Below the pieces are notes generated by a model. It saw nothing but the letters and a program-made list of their open reading frames with translations, did no database searches and was not told the origin of the DNA. DNA of 64,000 bases from a bacterium (lineage in GTDB: Bacteria; Actinomycetota; Acidimicrobiia; Spongiisociales; ZC4RG35). The stretch spans positions 97,333 through 161,332 of the forward strand of contig JAPPLW010000099.1 in NCBI GenBank assembly GCA_028819345.1. Reading direction: 5' to 3'. Positions 49,084 through 58,541 of this stretch are shown here, in pieces. Both the position numbers and the translations under genes were made by a program. Within the stretch, counting starts at the first letter, position 1. Every line of letters begins with the position of its first letter.

Positions 49084-49833
49084 GTGACATCACCACCTCT
49101 CCTGCGCGTCGAGAACCTGCACGTCCAGGCTGCCGGAGCCAAGATACTGCACGGCGTCGACCTCACCATCCACAACAACGAGATCCATGCGGTGATGGGA
49201 CCGAACGGATCGGGAAAGACCACCCTGGCCTCGGTGTTGATGGGCCATCCCGGGTTGGAGATAACCGAGGGCGCCATCTACTTCGAAGGAGAGGACATTA
49301 CCGGGGACCTTCCCGACAAGCGGGCCACCCGGGGGATCTTCATGGCCTTCCAGCATCCCACCGAGATCCCCGGAGTGCCGGTGGTCCAGTTCCTGCGTCA
49401 GGCTCTCTCCAACCGCACCGGGATCGACTACTCGATCATCGAGTTGCGGCTCAAGGTGATGGACGCCATGGCGGAGTTGGGAATCCCCGGAAACTTCGCC
49501 GACCGGTACCTCAACGAGGGATTCTCGGGGGGCGAACGCAAGAGAAACGAGATCCTGCAGATGGCGATCCTCGAGCCGAAGCTGGCCATCCTGGATGAGA
49601 CGGACTCCGGACTCGACATCGACGCGCTACGCACCGTCTCCGACGGGGTCCAGCGGATGGTCGGCCCTGAGCGGGGGTTCTTGATCATCACCCACTTCCA
49701 GAGACTGCTGGACTACATCACCCCCCATTACGTGCACGTGCTGGTAGGGGGGAAGCTGGTGAAGACCGGGGGCGCCGAACTCACCGCCAGGCTGGAGTCG
49801 GAAGGATACGAATCGTTCCGGCGGCCGAGCTAG
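49084..49833 (+). CDS. sufC: Fe-S cluster assembly ATPase SufC (copy 1)
   Basis: GPNGSGKTT, FQHPTEIPGV, RYLNEGFSGGERKRNEILQ, LDETDSGLDIDAL, ITHFQRLL. Confidence 0.93.
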   Translation: MTSPPLLRVENLHVQAAGAKILHGVDLTIHNNEIHAVMGPNGSGKTTLASVLMGHPGLEITEGAIYFEGEDITGDLPDKRATRGIFMAFQHPTEIPGVPVVQFLRQALSNRTGIDYSIIELRLKVMDAMAELGIPGNFADRYLNEGFSGGERKRNEILQMAILEPKLAILDETDSGLDIDALRTVSDGVQRMVGPERGFLIITHFQRLLDYITPHYVHVLVGGKLVKTGGAELTARLESEGYESFRRPS

Positions 49834-49873
49834 TCCCGCGTCGCCGGCGACCGCCTCCTAACCTAAGCCACAG

Positions 49874-50341
49874 ATGTCTCTGCAAGAGTTGTACCGGCAG
49901 GTGATCCTGGATCACTATCGCAACCCTCGCCACCGAGCGCCCCTTCCCGATCCCGATGTCTCCTCGGAAGGCGCAAACCCCCTCTGCGGGGACGAGGTCA
50001 GGGTCGACCTTCGTCTGCGGGACGACCGGATCAGCGGGATCGCGGTGACCGGGAAGGGATGCTCCATCAGCCAATCCAGCGCTTCCCTGATGAGCGAAGC
50101 CGTATCGGGCAACGCGGTATCGGAAGCCCTGGGCCTGTCGAGACGCTTCCAGGAGCTCATGCATGTCCCCGCCGACTCCAGCGAGAACGGCTTCTCCGAT
50201 CTCGGCGACCTCCTGGCCCTGTCGGGAGTGAGACGCTACCCGGTCAGGATAAAGTGCGCCACCCTGTCGTGGGTCACGCTGGAACAGGCCCTGGGAGAGC
50301 CGAGCATGCCGGGGACCGGCGCCACCGAAGACCCCGGATAG
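49874..50341 (+). CDS. sufU: SufU (NifU-like) scaffold/sulfur-transfer protein
   Basis: LYRQVILDHY, NPLCGD, GCSISQSSAS, RIKCATL. Confidence 0.93.
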   Translation: MSLQELYRQVILDHYRNPRHRAPLPDPDVSSEGANPLCGDEVRVDLRLRDDRISGIAVTGKGCSISQSSASLMSEAVSGNAVSEALGLSRRFQELMHVPADSSENGFSDLGDLLALSGVRRYPVRIKCATLSWVTLEQALGEPSMPGTGATEDPG

Positions 50342-50374
50342 ACAGCTCCTCTCAAACCCTCAAACCCTAAGGGA

Positions 50375-51772
50375 TCAGCCAGGGAGACCCCCTTCGGTCA
50401 TCCTGTGAATGTCCAGCAACCTGTCCAGTTCCTCAGGGGTGAGAATGCCCCGCTCCAACACCACCTCCCGCACGGTGCGACCACTGCGGAACGCCTCCTT
50501 GGCGACTGAGGCCCCCGCGTCGTATCCGATGTGCGGATTGAGAGCGGTCACCACTATGACGTTGCGCTCGACCAGCTTCCGGGCTCGCTCGGGGTCCGCC
50601 TCTATCCCGTCCACGCACTTTCCGGCCAGGACGCGGCAAGCGCTGGCCAGGAGACGTATGGACTCCAAGAGGTTGCGGGCGATCACCGGCATCATCACGT
50701 TCAATTCGAAATTGCCGTTGGCGCCCGCCCAGGTGATGGCGGCGTCATTGCCGATGACCTGAGCGGAAACCTGCATGACCATCTCGGGTATCACCGGATT
50801 CACCTTGGCCGGCATGATCGAAGAGCCCGGCTGGAGGGCGGGCAGACGGATCTCCGCTATGCCGGTGACCGGGCCCGAAGACAGCCAGCGCAGGTCGTTG
50901 GCGATCTTGAACAGTGACACCGCCACTGTCTTGAGGGTTCCCGAGGCGTTTACGGTTGCATCCTTCCCGGCTTGGGCCTCGAAGTGGTCCACCGCCTCGG
51001 TGAAGGGAATCCCCGACCTCTCGGCCATGACCGCGATCGCCGCCTCCGCCAGGCCCTCCGGACAGTTGATACCGGTCCCCACCGCCGTGCCCCCCAATGC
51101 CAGCTCCTCCACTTCCGGCAGGATCTTCGAGAGTCTCTCCACTCCCTTCCGGACCGCGGCTGCATAGCCCGAGAATTCCTGTCCCAGGGTGACCGGAGTG
51201 GCGTCCATCAGATGCGTCCTCCCCGACTTGACCACCTCGGCGAACTCGCCCGCCTTGGATGACAGGGAGTTCTCCAAAGCCTCCAGAGTCGGCAGAAGCG
51301 TTTCCCGGATGGCGGCGGCGGCCGCCACATGGATGGCGGTGGGGATGACGTCGTTGGACGACTGTCCGAAGTTGACGTGATCATTCGGGTGCACGGGCCG
51401 CCCACTCCACTCGGCGCCCAGCAATTCCGTGGCACGCTTGGCTATCACCTCATTGGCGTTGGTGTTGGTGGAGGTACCCGAGCCGGTCTGGAAGACATCA
51501 ACCGGAAAGTGGCGGTCCCAGCGGCCCTCCATCACTTCCGACGCGGCCCGGCCGACTGCCTCGGCGATCCGGCCGTCGAGGTGCCCCGCCCTCCCGGCCG
51601 CCTCGGCCACCGCGCCCTTGATCAACCCGAGGGCCCAGATGAACCGTCGCTCGAACCCCGCGCCTGAAATCGGGAAATTCTCCACCGCCCGCTGGGTGGA
51701 GGCTCCGTAATAGGCATGGGCCGGCACCAGCACCTCCCCCATGGAGTCTCTCTCAGTCCGGTACTCCATCAC
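50375..51772 (-). CDS. fumC: Class II fumarate hydratase
   Basis: [53 protein letters not shown]. Confidence 0.95.
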   Translation of the reverse strand: MMEYRTERDSMGEVLVPAHAYYGASTQRAVENFPISGAGFERRFIWALGLIKGAVAEAAGRAGHLDGRIAEAVGRAASEVMEGRWDRHFPVDVFQTGSGTSTNTNANEVIAKRATELLGAEWSGRPVHPNDHVNFGQSSNDVIPTAIHVAAAAAIRETLLPTLEALENSLSSKAGEFAEVVKSGRTHLMDATPVTLGQEFSGYAAAVRKGVERLSKILPEVEELALGGTAVGTGINCPEGLAEAAIAVMAERSGIPFTEAVDHFEAQAGKDATVNASGTLKTVAVSLFKIANDLRWLSSGPVTGIAEIRLPALQPGSSIMPAKVNPVIPEMVMQVSAQVIGNDAAITWAGANGNFELNVMMPVIARNLLESIRLLASACRVLAGKCVDGIEADPERARKLVERNVIVVTALNPHIGYDAGASVAKEAFRSGRTVREVVLERGILTPEELDRLLDIHRMTEGGLPG

Positions 51773-51841
51773 CGCCCCGCCCGGGCCATGCCCCTATGAC
51801 GCTCCGTTCTTCCGATTTCACACCTCACTGTCACTCTTAGG

Positions 51842-52042
51842 GTATCTCGGTTCGATCAGGCTACCCATCACATTGCGGGCCATTGGCTTGTCCAGGCCGA
51901 CCGGCTCGCTGAACCGGATCTCGACCGCTGGCTCCAAGCTTCGCTGCGTGAGTCCTGGCAACGCACCGTGGAGGCATTGGGCGCCCTCGGCACCGACCAA
52001 CTCGGGGTCCGACCCACCGGGTCGTTGCCTCCGTCCGGCTAG
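51842..52042 (+). CDS. Uncalled small ORF (about 66 aa) lacking a canonical start codon
   Basis: Reads VSRFDQATHHIAGHWLVQADRLAEPDLDRWLQASLRESWQRTVEALGALG...; fills the fumC-sufC gap and shares a CTAG stop overlap with sufC. Confidence 0.35.
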   Translation, partial: VSRFDQATHHIAGHWLVQADRLAEPDLDRWLQASLRESWQRTVEALGALGTDQLGVRPTGSLPPSG

Positions 52043-52842
52043 ACCTCGAAGGGCAGATCGGTGAAGAAGTCCGAGGACGGTCTGGCCGGTGCGGCAGCCG
52101 AGGGCGTCTTGATGCCCAGCCGCTTCCGAAGCCCTTCGTAACCGTCCCGTTCCAGTTCCTGTGCCAGGCCCGGCCCTCCAGAGGTGACGATCCTTCCTCC
52201 CATCATGACGTGCACCCGGTCGGGCTCCACGTAGCTGAGTATTCGGGAGTGGTGGGTGATCATGAGCACTCCCATGCCGGGACCGCGCATCTCCTCCACC
52301 GCGGACGCCACCTTGCGCACCATATCGATGTCCAGGCCCGAGTCGGTCTCGTCCAGAAGGGCGGCCTTGGGGGAGAGCACCGAAATTTGAAAGATCTCCG
52401 AGCGCTTCTTCTCTCCCCCGGAGAGGTCGTCATTTATGGATCTCTCCAGGAAGGGGGCCATGTCGAAGCGCCGGGAGGCCTCGGCTATCCGCCGGTCGGC
52501 CTCCTCGGGGTCTATCCCTCTCTCCTCCGCCGCCTCCCGCATGAGCTCCGCCAGGTCCACTCCGGGGACCGCCACCGGACTCTGAAAGGCCTGGACCAAT
52601 CCCAACCGGGCGCGCTCGTCCGCCTCCAAGCCCAGGACTTCCCGGCCGTCCACCCAGGCTTCCCCCTCAGCGGTGAAGTCGGGATGACCGCACAGGACAT
52701 GACACAAGGTACTCTTGCCCGAGCCGTTCGGCCCCATCAGGGCATGCATCTCTCCGAAGGGCACGTCCAGATCGATGCCATTGAGGATCTTCACCGAGCC
52801 CACCGAGGCTTGGAGCCCCCGCACCTTCAAGGCCACGCCCAT
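52039..52842 (-). CDS. sufC: Fe-S cluster assembly ATPase SufC (copy 2)
   Basis: GPNGSGKST, AFQSPVAVPGV, LSGGEKKRSEIFQ, LDETDSGLDID; downstream of sufD-Rieske. Confidence 0.9.
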   Translation of the reverse strand: MGVALKVRGLQASVGSVKILNGIDLDVPFGEMHALMGPNGSGKSTLCHVLCGHPDFTAEGEAWVDGREVLGLEADERARLGLVQAFQSPVAVPGVDLAELMREAAEERGIDPEEADRRIAEASRRFDMAPFLERSINDDLSGGEKKRSEIFQISVLSPKAALLDETDSGLDIDMVRKVASAVEEMRGPGMGVLMITHHSRILSYVEPDRVHVMMGGRIVTSGGPGLAQELERDGYEGLRKRLGIKTPSAAAPARPSSDFFTDLPFEV

Positions 52843-53171
52843 CAGGTTGCCTCCGCCGGGCCGTCGGGTAGTCCCACCAGCACTCTGCCCCCCTCCACCC
52901 TGGTCGGATAGGAGGGGACCGGGCGCACCGCGGGCAAAGTCAAGGCTTCCCCGTTGGTCAGGTCGAAGACCGCACCATGAAGGGGACACTCCACCTCGGT
53001 TTCGAAAACCTCCCCCTCCGACAGGGAGGCCTCGGCGTGGCTGCACCGATCTCCGAGTGCATACACCTCCCCCTCGGTCAAGAAAACCGCCGCCACATGG
53101 CCGCCATGGCAGAACTTGTGGCCCTCTCCTTCCCGCAGGTCCGCCAGGTTCGCAACCTCCACCCAGGGCAT
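52842..53171 (-). CDS. Rieske-type ferredoxin
   Basis: CSHAEASL...ECPLHGAVF (CxH...CxxH). Confidence 0.92.
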   Translation of the reverse strand: MPWVEVANLADLREGEGHKFCHGGHVAAVFLTEGEVYALGDRCSHAEASLSEGEVFETEVECPLHGAVFDLTNGEALTLPAVRPVPSYPTRVEGGRVLVGLPDGPAEAT

Positions 53172-54445
53172 CAGACTCTTCCCCCCTCCTGGGCCTCGGC
53201 AAACCGCCGGTTGACGGCCTGGCGGGCGGGTTCGTCCAGATCGTCGACGGGTAGCCGGCCGATCGCCTCCTCAAAGAAGCCCCGCACCAGCACCCGCTCG
53301 GCCCGCTGCCTGCTGAGCCCCCGGCTCATCAGGTAATACATGGGCTCGGTCTCCAGGGGACCGACGCTCGACCCGTGGCCGCAGATGATGTCGTTGCACA
53401 GGATCTCCAGGTTGGGCACCGAGTTGGCTTTGGCGCCGTCGGACAGCACCAGGTTTCGGTTGGTCTCGAAGGCGGAAGTGCCGACCGCACCCTCTTCGAT
53501 TCGCAGCAGGCCGGTGAAGACGGACTGCGCCTGGTCCTCCACCGCACCTTTCAAGAACACGTCCGAACTGGTCGACCGGCCCACATGGTTGACAACCAGC
53601 CGGTAGTCAAGCACCTGCTCCATCTCCCCGAAATAGAGCCCCACCACCTCGACGCTTCCTCCCGCTCCCTCAAGGGTGGTGCGCAGGTCTATCCGGGCAA
53701 GCCGGCCTCCCAAACCGATCTCTCCGGCCCGGAAGGTGGCGTCTCTGCCGATCCGGGAGCGATGATGCATGATGGTGACCCCCTCGTTCCCCATGATTCC
53801 GACGGTGGTAACCGAGAGACGGGCCCCGGAGCCCACCGTGGTCTGAAGGTTGGGAACCATGACGCTTGCAACCTCGTCGGGAGAGCGCAGGAGCACCACC
53901 ACCGTGGCTTCGGAGTTTTCCTCCGCCCGGATGTCCAGGCTGGGGAAGGTGACGGTGTCCGGAAGGGTGGACTGCACGTCGATGACGAACGGAGCTTCCA
54001 CTGCCCGGTTCCGAGGGATGCGGAGGCTGATCCCGTCCGACGAAAATGCCAGCGCGGCCGCAGCGAACTTATCGGTGTCGGGGGTGAGAAGATCGGAGGG
54101 CGGATAGGCTCCCCAGGCTTCGGCAGCCGAACCCAGCCACGCCTCGGAATGGTTCTCAATCCCCGTCAACCTGCCGTCCACCATGACCGCCGATCCCGCC
54201 CGGTGGGACAGCGCAGAAAGGAAATCGCCCTCAGGGAGGGTATCGCCCGGGGCGGCTGGAATTGTCATGGCGTCGAGGTCGAACCCCAGAGTCACATACT
54301 TCCAGTTCTCCTCCTTCGGACTGGGCATGTCCAGGCGGCCGTACTCCCGAAGGGCCTCCCGGCGTCGGGAAGCCACCGAGGCAGGCACGGCGGCGTTCAA
54401 CCGCTCGAGGGTGTCGGAATTGAGGCTCAGCATGGAAGACTTCAC
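53171..54445 (-). CDS. sufD: Fe-S cluster assembly protein SufD
   Basis: PSPKEENWKY, FLKGAVED, NRNLVLS, SVPNLEI, CGHGSSVG, YLMSRG. Confidence 0.92.
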   Translation of the reverse strand: MKSSMLSLNSDTLERLNAAVPASVASRRREALREYGRLDMPSPKEENWKYVTLGFDLDAMTIPAAPGDTLPEGDFLSALSHRAGSAVMVDGRLTGIENHSEAWLGSAAEAWGAYPPSDLLTPDTDKFAAAALAFSSDGISLRIPRNRAVEAPFVIDVQSTLPDTVTFPSLDIRAEENSEATVVVLLRSPDEVASVMVPNLQTTVGSGARLSVTTVGIMGNEGVTIMHHRSRIGRDATFRAGEIGLGGRLARIDLRTTLEGAGGSVEVVGLYFGEMEQVLDYRLVVNHVGRSTSSDVFLKGAVEDQAQSVFTGLLRIEEGAVGTSAFETNRNLVLSDGAKANSVPNLEILCNDIICGHGSSVGPLETEPMYYLMSRGLSRQRAERVLVRGFFEEAIGRLPVDDLDEPARQAVNRRFAEAQEGGRV

Positions 54446-54536
54446 TCCAAGGCGTACGGAGACAAATGCTATCGGAAGTCCGATGAATAGAAGAAACGCG
54501 TAAACGGCCTACGAGGTTCCTTCCCAAAGGACTCGA

Positions 54537-55232
54537 TCACTCCTCCAGCAACCGCCGAGCAAGCACGAAGACCCGGTCGAACATGTCCTCCGTGAGCCGA
54601 CTGGTGAAGGTGTTCTGCTGGCTGGGGTGATAGGAGGAGACGAGGACCGGGCCGTCTCCCAGAGCGGTCACCACCGCGTGGCCGAAGGCGGGACGGGGAC
54701 GGGGGGCAGACCAGCCCAACCGGGGAGCGAGGCGCAGAAGGTTGGTGTGGGAGAGCCCTCCCAAAGCGACCAGCACCCGCAGACCCTTGAATGCGCTCAA
54801 CTCGTTCACCAACCAGTCCGAGCAGTTGGCGGTCTCGGTGGCCAGGGGGCTGTTGCGGGGAGGAGCGCACCGTACCGAGGCGGTAACCCAGCAGTCCCGG
54901 AGCTTGAGTCCGTCATCCCGCGCCGCCGAGGAGGCCTGATTGGCGAATCCCGCTCGATGAAGCGCCCGGTACAGCCAATCCCCCGACCGATCGCCGGTGA
55001 ACATCCGACCGGTGCGGTTGGCGCCGTGGGCGGCGGGCGCCAGGCCCACCAGCACCAATCTCGCCTCGGGATCCCCGAACCCGGGGACCGGCCGTCCCCA
55101 GTAGGTCTCTTCCCGGTAGGCCGCCCTTTTCTCGGTGGCCACCTTCTCCCTCCAGGACACCAACCGCTCACACTTCCTGCACTCGACCAGCGCGGCGGCA
55201 AGGTCTCCCAACGTCTGGTCACGTTCGGCCAT
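54537..55232 (-). CDS. udgB: Uracil-DNA glycosylase family 5
   Basis: CRKCERL, YWGRPVPGFGD, GLAPAAHGANRTGRMFTGD, VRCAPP, YHPSQQNT. Confidence 0.92.
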   Translation of the reverse strand: MAERDQTLGDLAAALVECRKCERLVSWREKVATEKRAAYREETYWGRPVPGFGDPEARLVLVGLAPAAHGANRTGRMFTGDRSGDWLYRALHRAGFANQASSAARDDGLKLRDCWVTASVRCAPPRNSPLATETANCSDWLVNELSAFKGLRVLVALGGLSHTNLLRLAPRLGWSAPRPRPAFGHAVVTALGDGPVLVSSYHPSQQNTFTSRLTEDMFDRVFVLARRLLEE

Positions 55233-55317
55233 GGCAATCGTCCCGGGGTCGGTCTCAGGCAGGGTACAAGCAGTGGCCGGCCCCCGGGGGGCGGAGGCCT
55301 GTTCCGGGAAGGTCCGG

Positions 55318-56370
55318 CTACTCCACGGACGCCAAGAAGTCGAAAAAGACTTCCGACCAGGCCTCGGCGGCGTCGAATTGAGGTCCGTGACCCGATCCTT
55401 CGAACATCTCCATGATCACCCGGCCACCAGCAGCCCGGTACTGCTCCAGCACATCCCGGATCTGGGTCACCATCAACTGCGGGGGGAACACCTCGGCGCC
55501 CGGCCAGCCCGGCACGAATTCGGCTTGCCCGAGCGTTCCCATCTCCCAGGCTGAACCATCGGCCACCACTATGTCGGCGGAGCCGTGAGTCCAGAGCACG
55601 GGAGGCTTGGGGTCGATGCCGACGATGCCGGACCAATCGCTGTACTTGCCGGAGAGCGCGTTGAGAATCCCCCGGGCGCCGGGGGCCACGCCCGGCCAGT
55701 TCTCCGACGGCGTGAAGTCCCCCGGGTAGCCGTCGTCACCGGTCACCGACAGCATCACCTCATCCAGCAGGATCTCTTCTCTCTCCGGGGACTCGCGATG
55801 GGTGGGAGCCCAGTAGGAAGAGTTCATGACATTCCGAGGAGACACCATGTTCTCCGTCGACCTGTCTCCGGCCGCCAGACGGGCCGTGAAATCGGGATTG
55901 CCGGTCCCCCCGCCGGAGCCTGCCCAGTCGGGATAGCATGGAGTGCCGTCCCGGTGACAGGCGCCGAACCCGAACGGAGAAACGGGATCGATCATGGTCA
56001 GGGAGGCCACCTCCCGGTCCATCGCGTAGGCGGCGATCGCCGAGCCTCCGGTCGACCAACCCACCAGGTGCACCGGGCGCTCGATGCCCAGGACCTGGAC
56101 CAGGGCGTAGGTGTCGTCCGCCCAGTCCCTCAGGCCCCGGGTTGCGTCGATGGGCTTGGGTTCGGAACGCCCGAAAGAGCGCATGTCCGGCGCAATGAAC
56201 CGGTAGCGGTCGGGGGCTTGCGGCCAGAGGTGTTCATAGAAGCGGCCGGTCGACAGATTGCCGTGGATCATCACCACCGGAATACCGTCCTCACGGCCCG
56301 ATTCGTACACGAAGGTGTCCAAACGTTCGGTGCTGACCTTCCCTGCCCGTACTCCACTCAAGAGATCCAT
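55318..56370 (-). CDS. Alpha/beta hydrolase
   Basis: IHGNLS, APDMRSFG, GWSTGG (GxSxG), GSGHGP. Confidence 0.88.
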   Translation of the reverse strand: MDLLSGVRAGKVSTERLDTFVYESGREDGIPVVMIHGNLSTGRFYEHLWPQAPDRYRFIAPDMRSFGRSEPKPIDATRGLRDWADDTYALVQVLGIERPVHLVGWSTGGSAIAAYAMDREVASLTMIDPVSPFGFGACHRDGTPCYPDWAGSGGGTGNPDFTARLAAGDRSTENMVSPRNVMNSSYWAPTHRESPEREEILLDEVMLSVTGDDGYPGDFTPSENWPGVAPGARGILNALSGKYSDWSGIVGIDPKPPVLWTHGSADIVVADGSAWEMGTLGQAEFVPGWPGAEVFPPQLMVTQIRDVLEQYRAAGGRVIMEMFEGSGHGPQFDAAEAWSEVFFDFLASVE

Positions 56371-56418
56371 TGCCGTCCTCCTGTATTGCGCGACTCCACC
56401 CGATACTAGAGCAGGCAG

Positions 56419-57369
56419 TCAGCCAAGAGTCCGGTTCAGGAAGCCGTGCATCCGGTCACGGGCCGCCCGGCCGTAGGCGTTGTCGAAGTAGTCGAAAGCG
56501 TGGATGCCCTCCGGCCAGATTGCCAGTTCGGCGCGGTTACCGGCTTTGCGCCACCGGCTGCACATGAAGGTGGAGTCATCGTAAAGCGGATCGATGCCTC
56601 CCACGGTGAACAACGCCGGAGGCATCCCGTGCAGGTCTGCGAGAATCGGTGAGATGTCAGGGTCGGATAGGTCCCGTGATCCGGCGAATTGCTCGGCGAA
56701 CCACCGGATGACCTTGGTGGTGAGGACCAGCGTCCCTTCACCCGCTTCCCGTGCCGAGGGGGTACCCCGCAGATCGTATGCGCCGTAGGTGAGGAGAGCC
56801 GCCCGGAACGGACTCAGCCCGTGACGGTCTCTCAGACGGAGGCAGGTTACGGCGGCCAGGTGGGCCCCCGCCGACTCGCCCCCGATCGCCACCAATTCCG
56901 TCCCGAAGCACTCACCGGCATTCCGGAACAGCCAGAGGGCCGCAGCCTCGCAGTCGTCCGGTCCGGCGGGATAGGGGTGTTCGGGAGCCAGCCGGTAGTA
57001 GGTGGAGACCACTATGAGTCCGGTGGCGTCGGCCAACCGCTCCAACATCGGGTCATGGTGATGGGCGCCGCCCAGGACCCATCCCCCGCCGTGGATGTGA
57101 AGGAACACCCCCCGCGCCCGGCCCGAGGGGGGGATGACCCGGAAACGGAGCGGTCCGGACTGTCCGGTCGCTCTTCTCTCGAAGGCTCGCTCGGAGAAGA
57201 CCAAGGGCCCGAACACCGACTTCCCCTCTTCTCGCGCCTGCCGGGCCGCCTCGGGCCCTACCTCATAGATCTTGGGGAGATGGAGGGTGTCCCGTTCGAG
57301 CCTCCTGTTGAAGGCAAGCACCTCGGCAGGCGCCTCGGTGGGAACCTCCTCGTGTCCGGGGCCGGTCAC
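56419..57369 (-). CDS. Esterase/lipase (HSL family)
   Basis: HGGGW, YRLAPEHPYPA, GESAGA, DPLYDD, HAF. Confidence 0.9.
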   Translation of the reverse strand: MTGPGHEEVPTEAPAEVLAFNRRLERDTLHLPKIYEVGPEAARQAREEGKSVFGPLVFSERAFERRATGQSGPLRFRVIPPSGRARGVFLHIHGGGWVLGGAHHHDPMLERLADATGLIVVSTYYRLAPEHPYPAGPDDCEAAALWLFRNAGECFGTELVAIGGESAGAHLAAVTCLRLRDRHGLSPFRAALLTYGAYDLRGTPSAREAGEGTLVLTTKVIRWFAEQFAGSRDLSDPDISPILADLHGMPPALFTVGGIDPLYDDSTFMCSRWRKAGNRAELAIWPEGIHAFDYFDNAYGRAARDRMHGFLNRTLG

Positions 57370-57426
57370 GCCGTCGCCGGAATCTTCACGTGCCGAAGCC
57401 GGGTGAGATGCCCGAACAGACCGCTG

Positions 57427-58500
57427 TCACTCATAAACCCTCACCACCGTTCGAGTTTCCGCCGACTCGACCAGAGCCAGGATGGTAGCCATGTTCACCG
57501 CGCTCTCCCGGAGCGGGAAGATCACCGGTTCCTCGTCCAGGATCATTCTCTCCATGGCCTTCACTTCCTCCAGGTAGGCGTTCGTGCCCTCGAAGGTGTG
57601 GTAACTCGTGACCTGATCATCCGCCTCGTCGCCGAAGTCCCGATTGTCGTCCCCCGATCTCGAAAGGGGAGCCGCTTCAGAGCTCCGGGTCACCACCTCC
57701 ACCGTGGAAGCCAACTCAACCTGGCTGAGCCACGGGTAGGAAACACGGATGCGACCCTGCGAACCGACGAACTCCGCCGACCAGGAGGGCAAGGCCTCGA
57801 AGCTGGTGACGAACTGGCCGATCACTCCCCCTTCGTAGAGGACCTGGGCGCCGAAGGTCATGTCGACCGCCTGGCCGGCCCTGTGGAGGACTCCATGGAC
57901 TTCGACCGGCCGCCTTTGCAGCACGGCCTGGAACAAGGTGACCGGATAGCAGCCCAGGTCCCACAACGAACCTCCGCCCCTCCGGTCCAGCCGGATGTCG
58001 TCGGAGTACGGCAACGTGAAACCGAAGGTCCCCCGTACCCAGCGGGGTACTCCGATCACCTCCTCGGAGACCAGCCTGCGAAGCAGAGCAGTCTGGGGAT
58101 GGAAGCGCATCATCGACGCCTCCTGGATGATCACTCCGTTGTCTCCGGCAGCCCTCTCCAGCAACTCCATCTCACCGGGATAGATGACCAGGGGCTTCTC
58201 GATCAGAGCATGCTTGCCCGCTTCAGCCACCTTCACCCCCCAGGGGACATGCAACCAGTTGGGCAGGGAAACGTAGACGATGTCCACCTCGTCGGATGCG
58301 AGCATCCGGTCGTAGCTGCCGAAAGAGCGAGGAATGCCCGCGGCTCGGGCATAGGCAGAAGCGCGGTCGGAGTCTCGGCTGGCTACCGCGGTGACCTCGG
58401 AACGACCCGACATGCCAGCCGCCTTGATTATGCGATCGTTGATCCGGGCAGTACCAAGCAAGCCCCATCGCAGGGGTTTCTCACCGGTTGACATCGTCAT
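57427..58500 (-). CDS. Gfo/Idh/MocA family NAD(P)-dependent oxidoreductase
   Basis: WGLLGTARI, YVSLPNWLH, GKHALIEKP, GGSLWDLGCY. Confidence 0.9.
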   Translation of the reverse strand: MTMSTGEKPLRWGLLGTARINDRIIKAAGMSGRSEVTAVASRDSDRASAYARAAGIPRSFGSYDRMLASDEVDIVYVSLPNWLHVPWGVKVAEAGKHALIEKPLVIYPGEMELLERAAGDNGVIIQEASMMRFHPQTALLRRLVSEEVIGVPRWVRGTFGFTLPYSDDIRLDRRGGGSLWDLGCYPVTLFQAVLQRRPVEVHGVLHRAGQAVDMTFGAQVLYEGGVIGQFVTSFEALPSWSAEFVGSQGRIRVSYPWLSQVELASTVEVVTRSSEAAPLSRSGDDNRDFGDEADDQVTSYHTFEGTNAYLEEVKAMERMILDEEPVIFPLRESAVNMATILALVESAETRTVVRVYE

Positions 58501-58541
58501 CTCCCGACTCCTCCCCCTGACCCGGTCCCGGAACCCGCACT

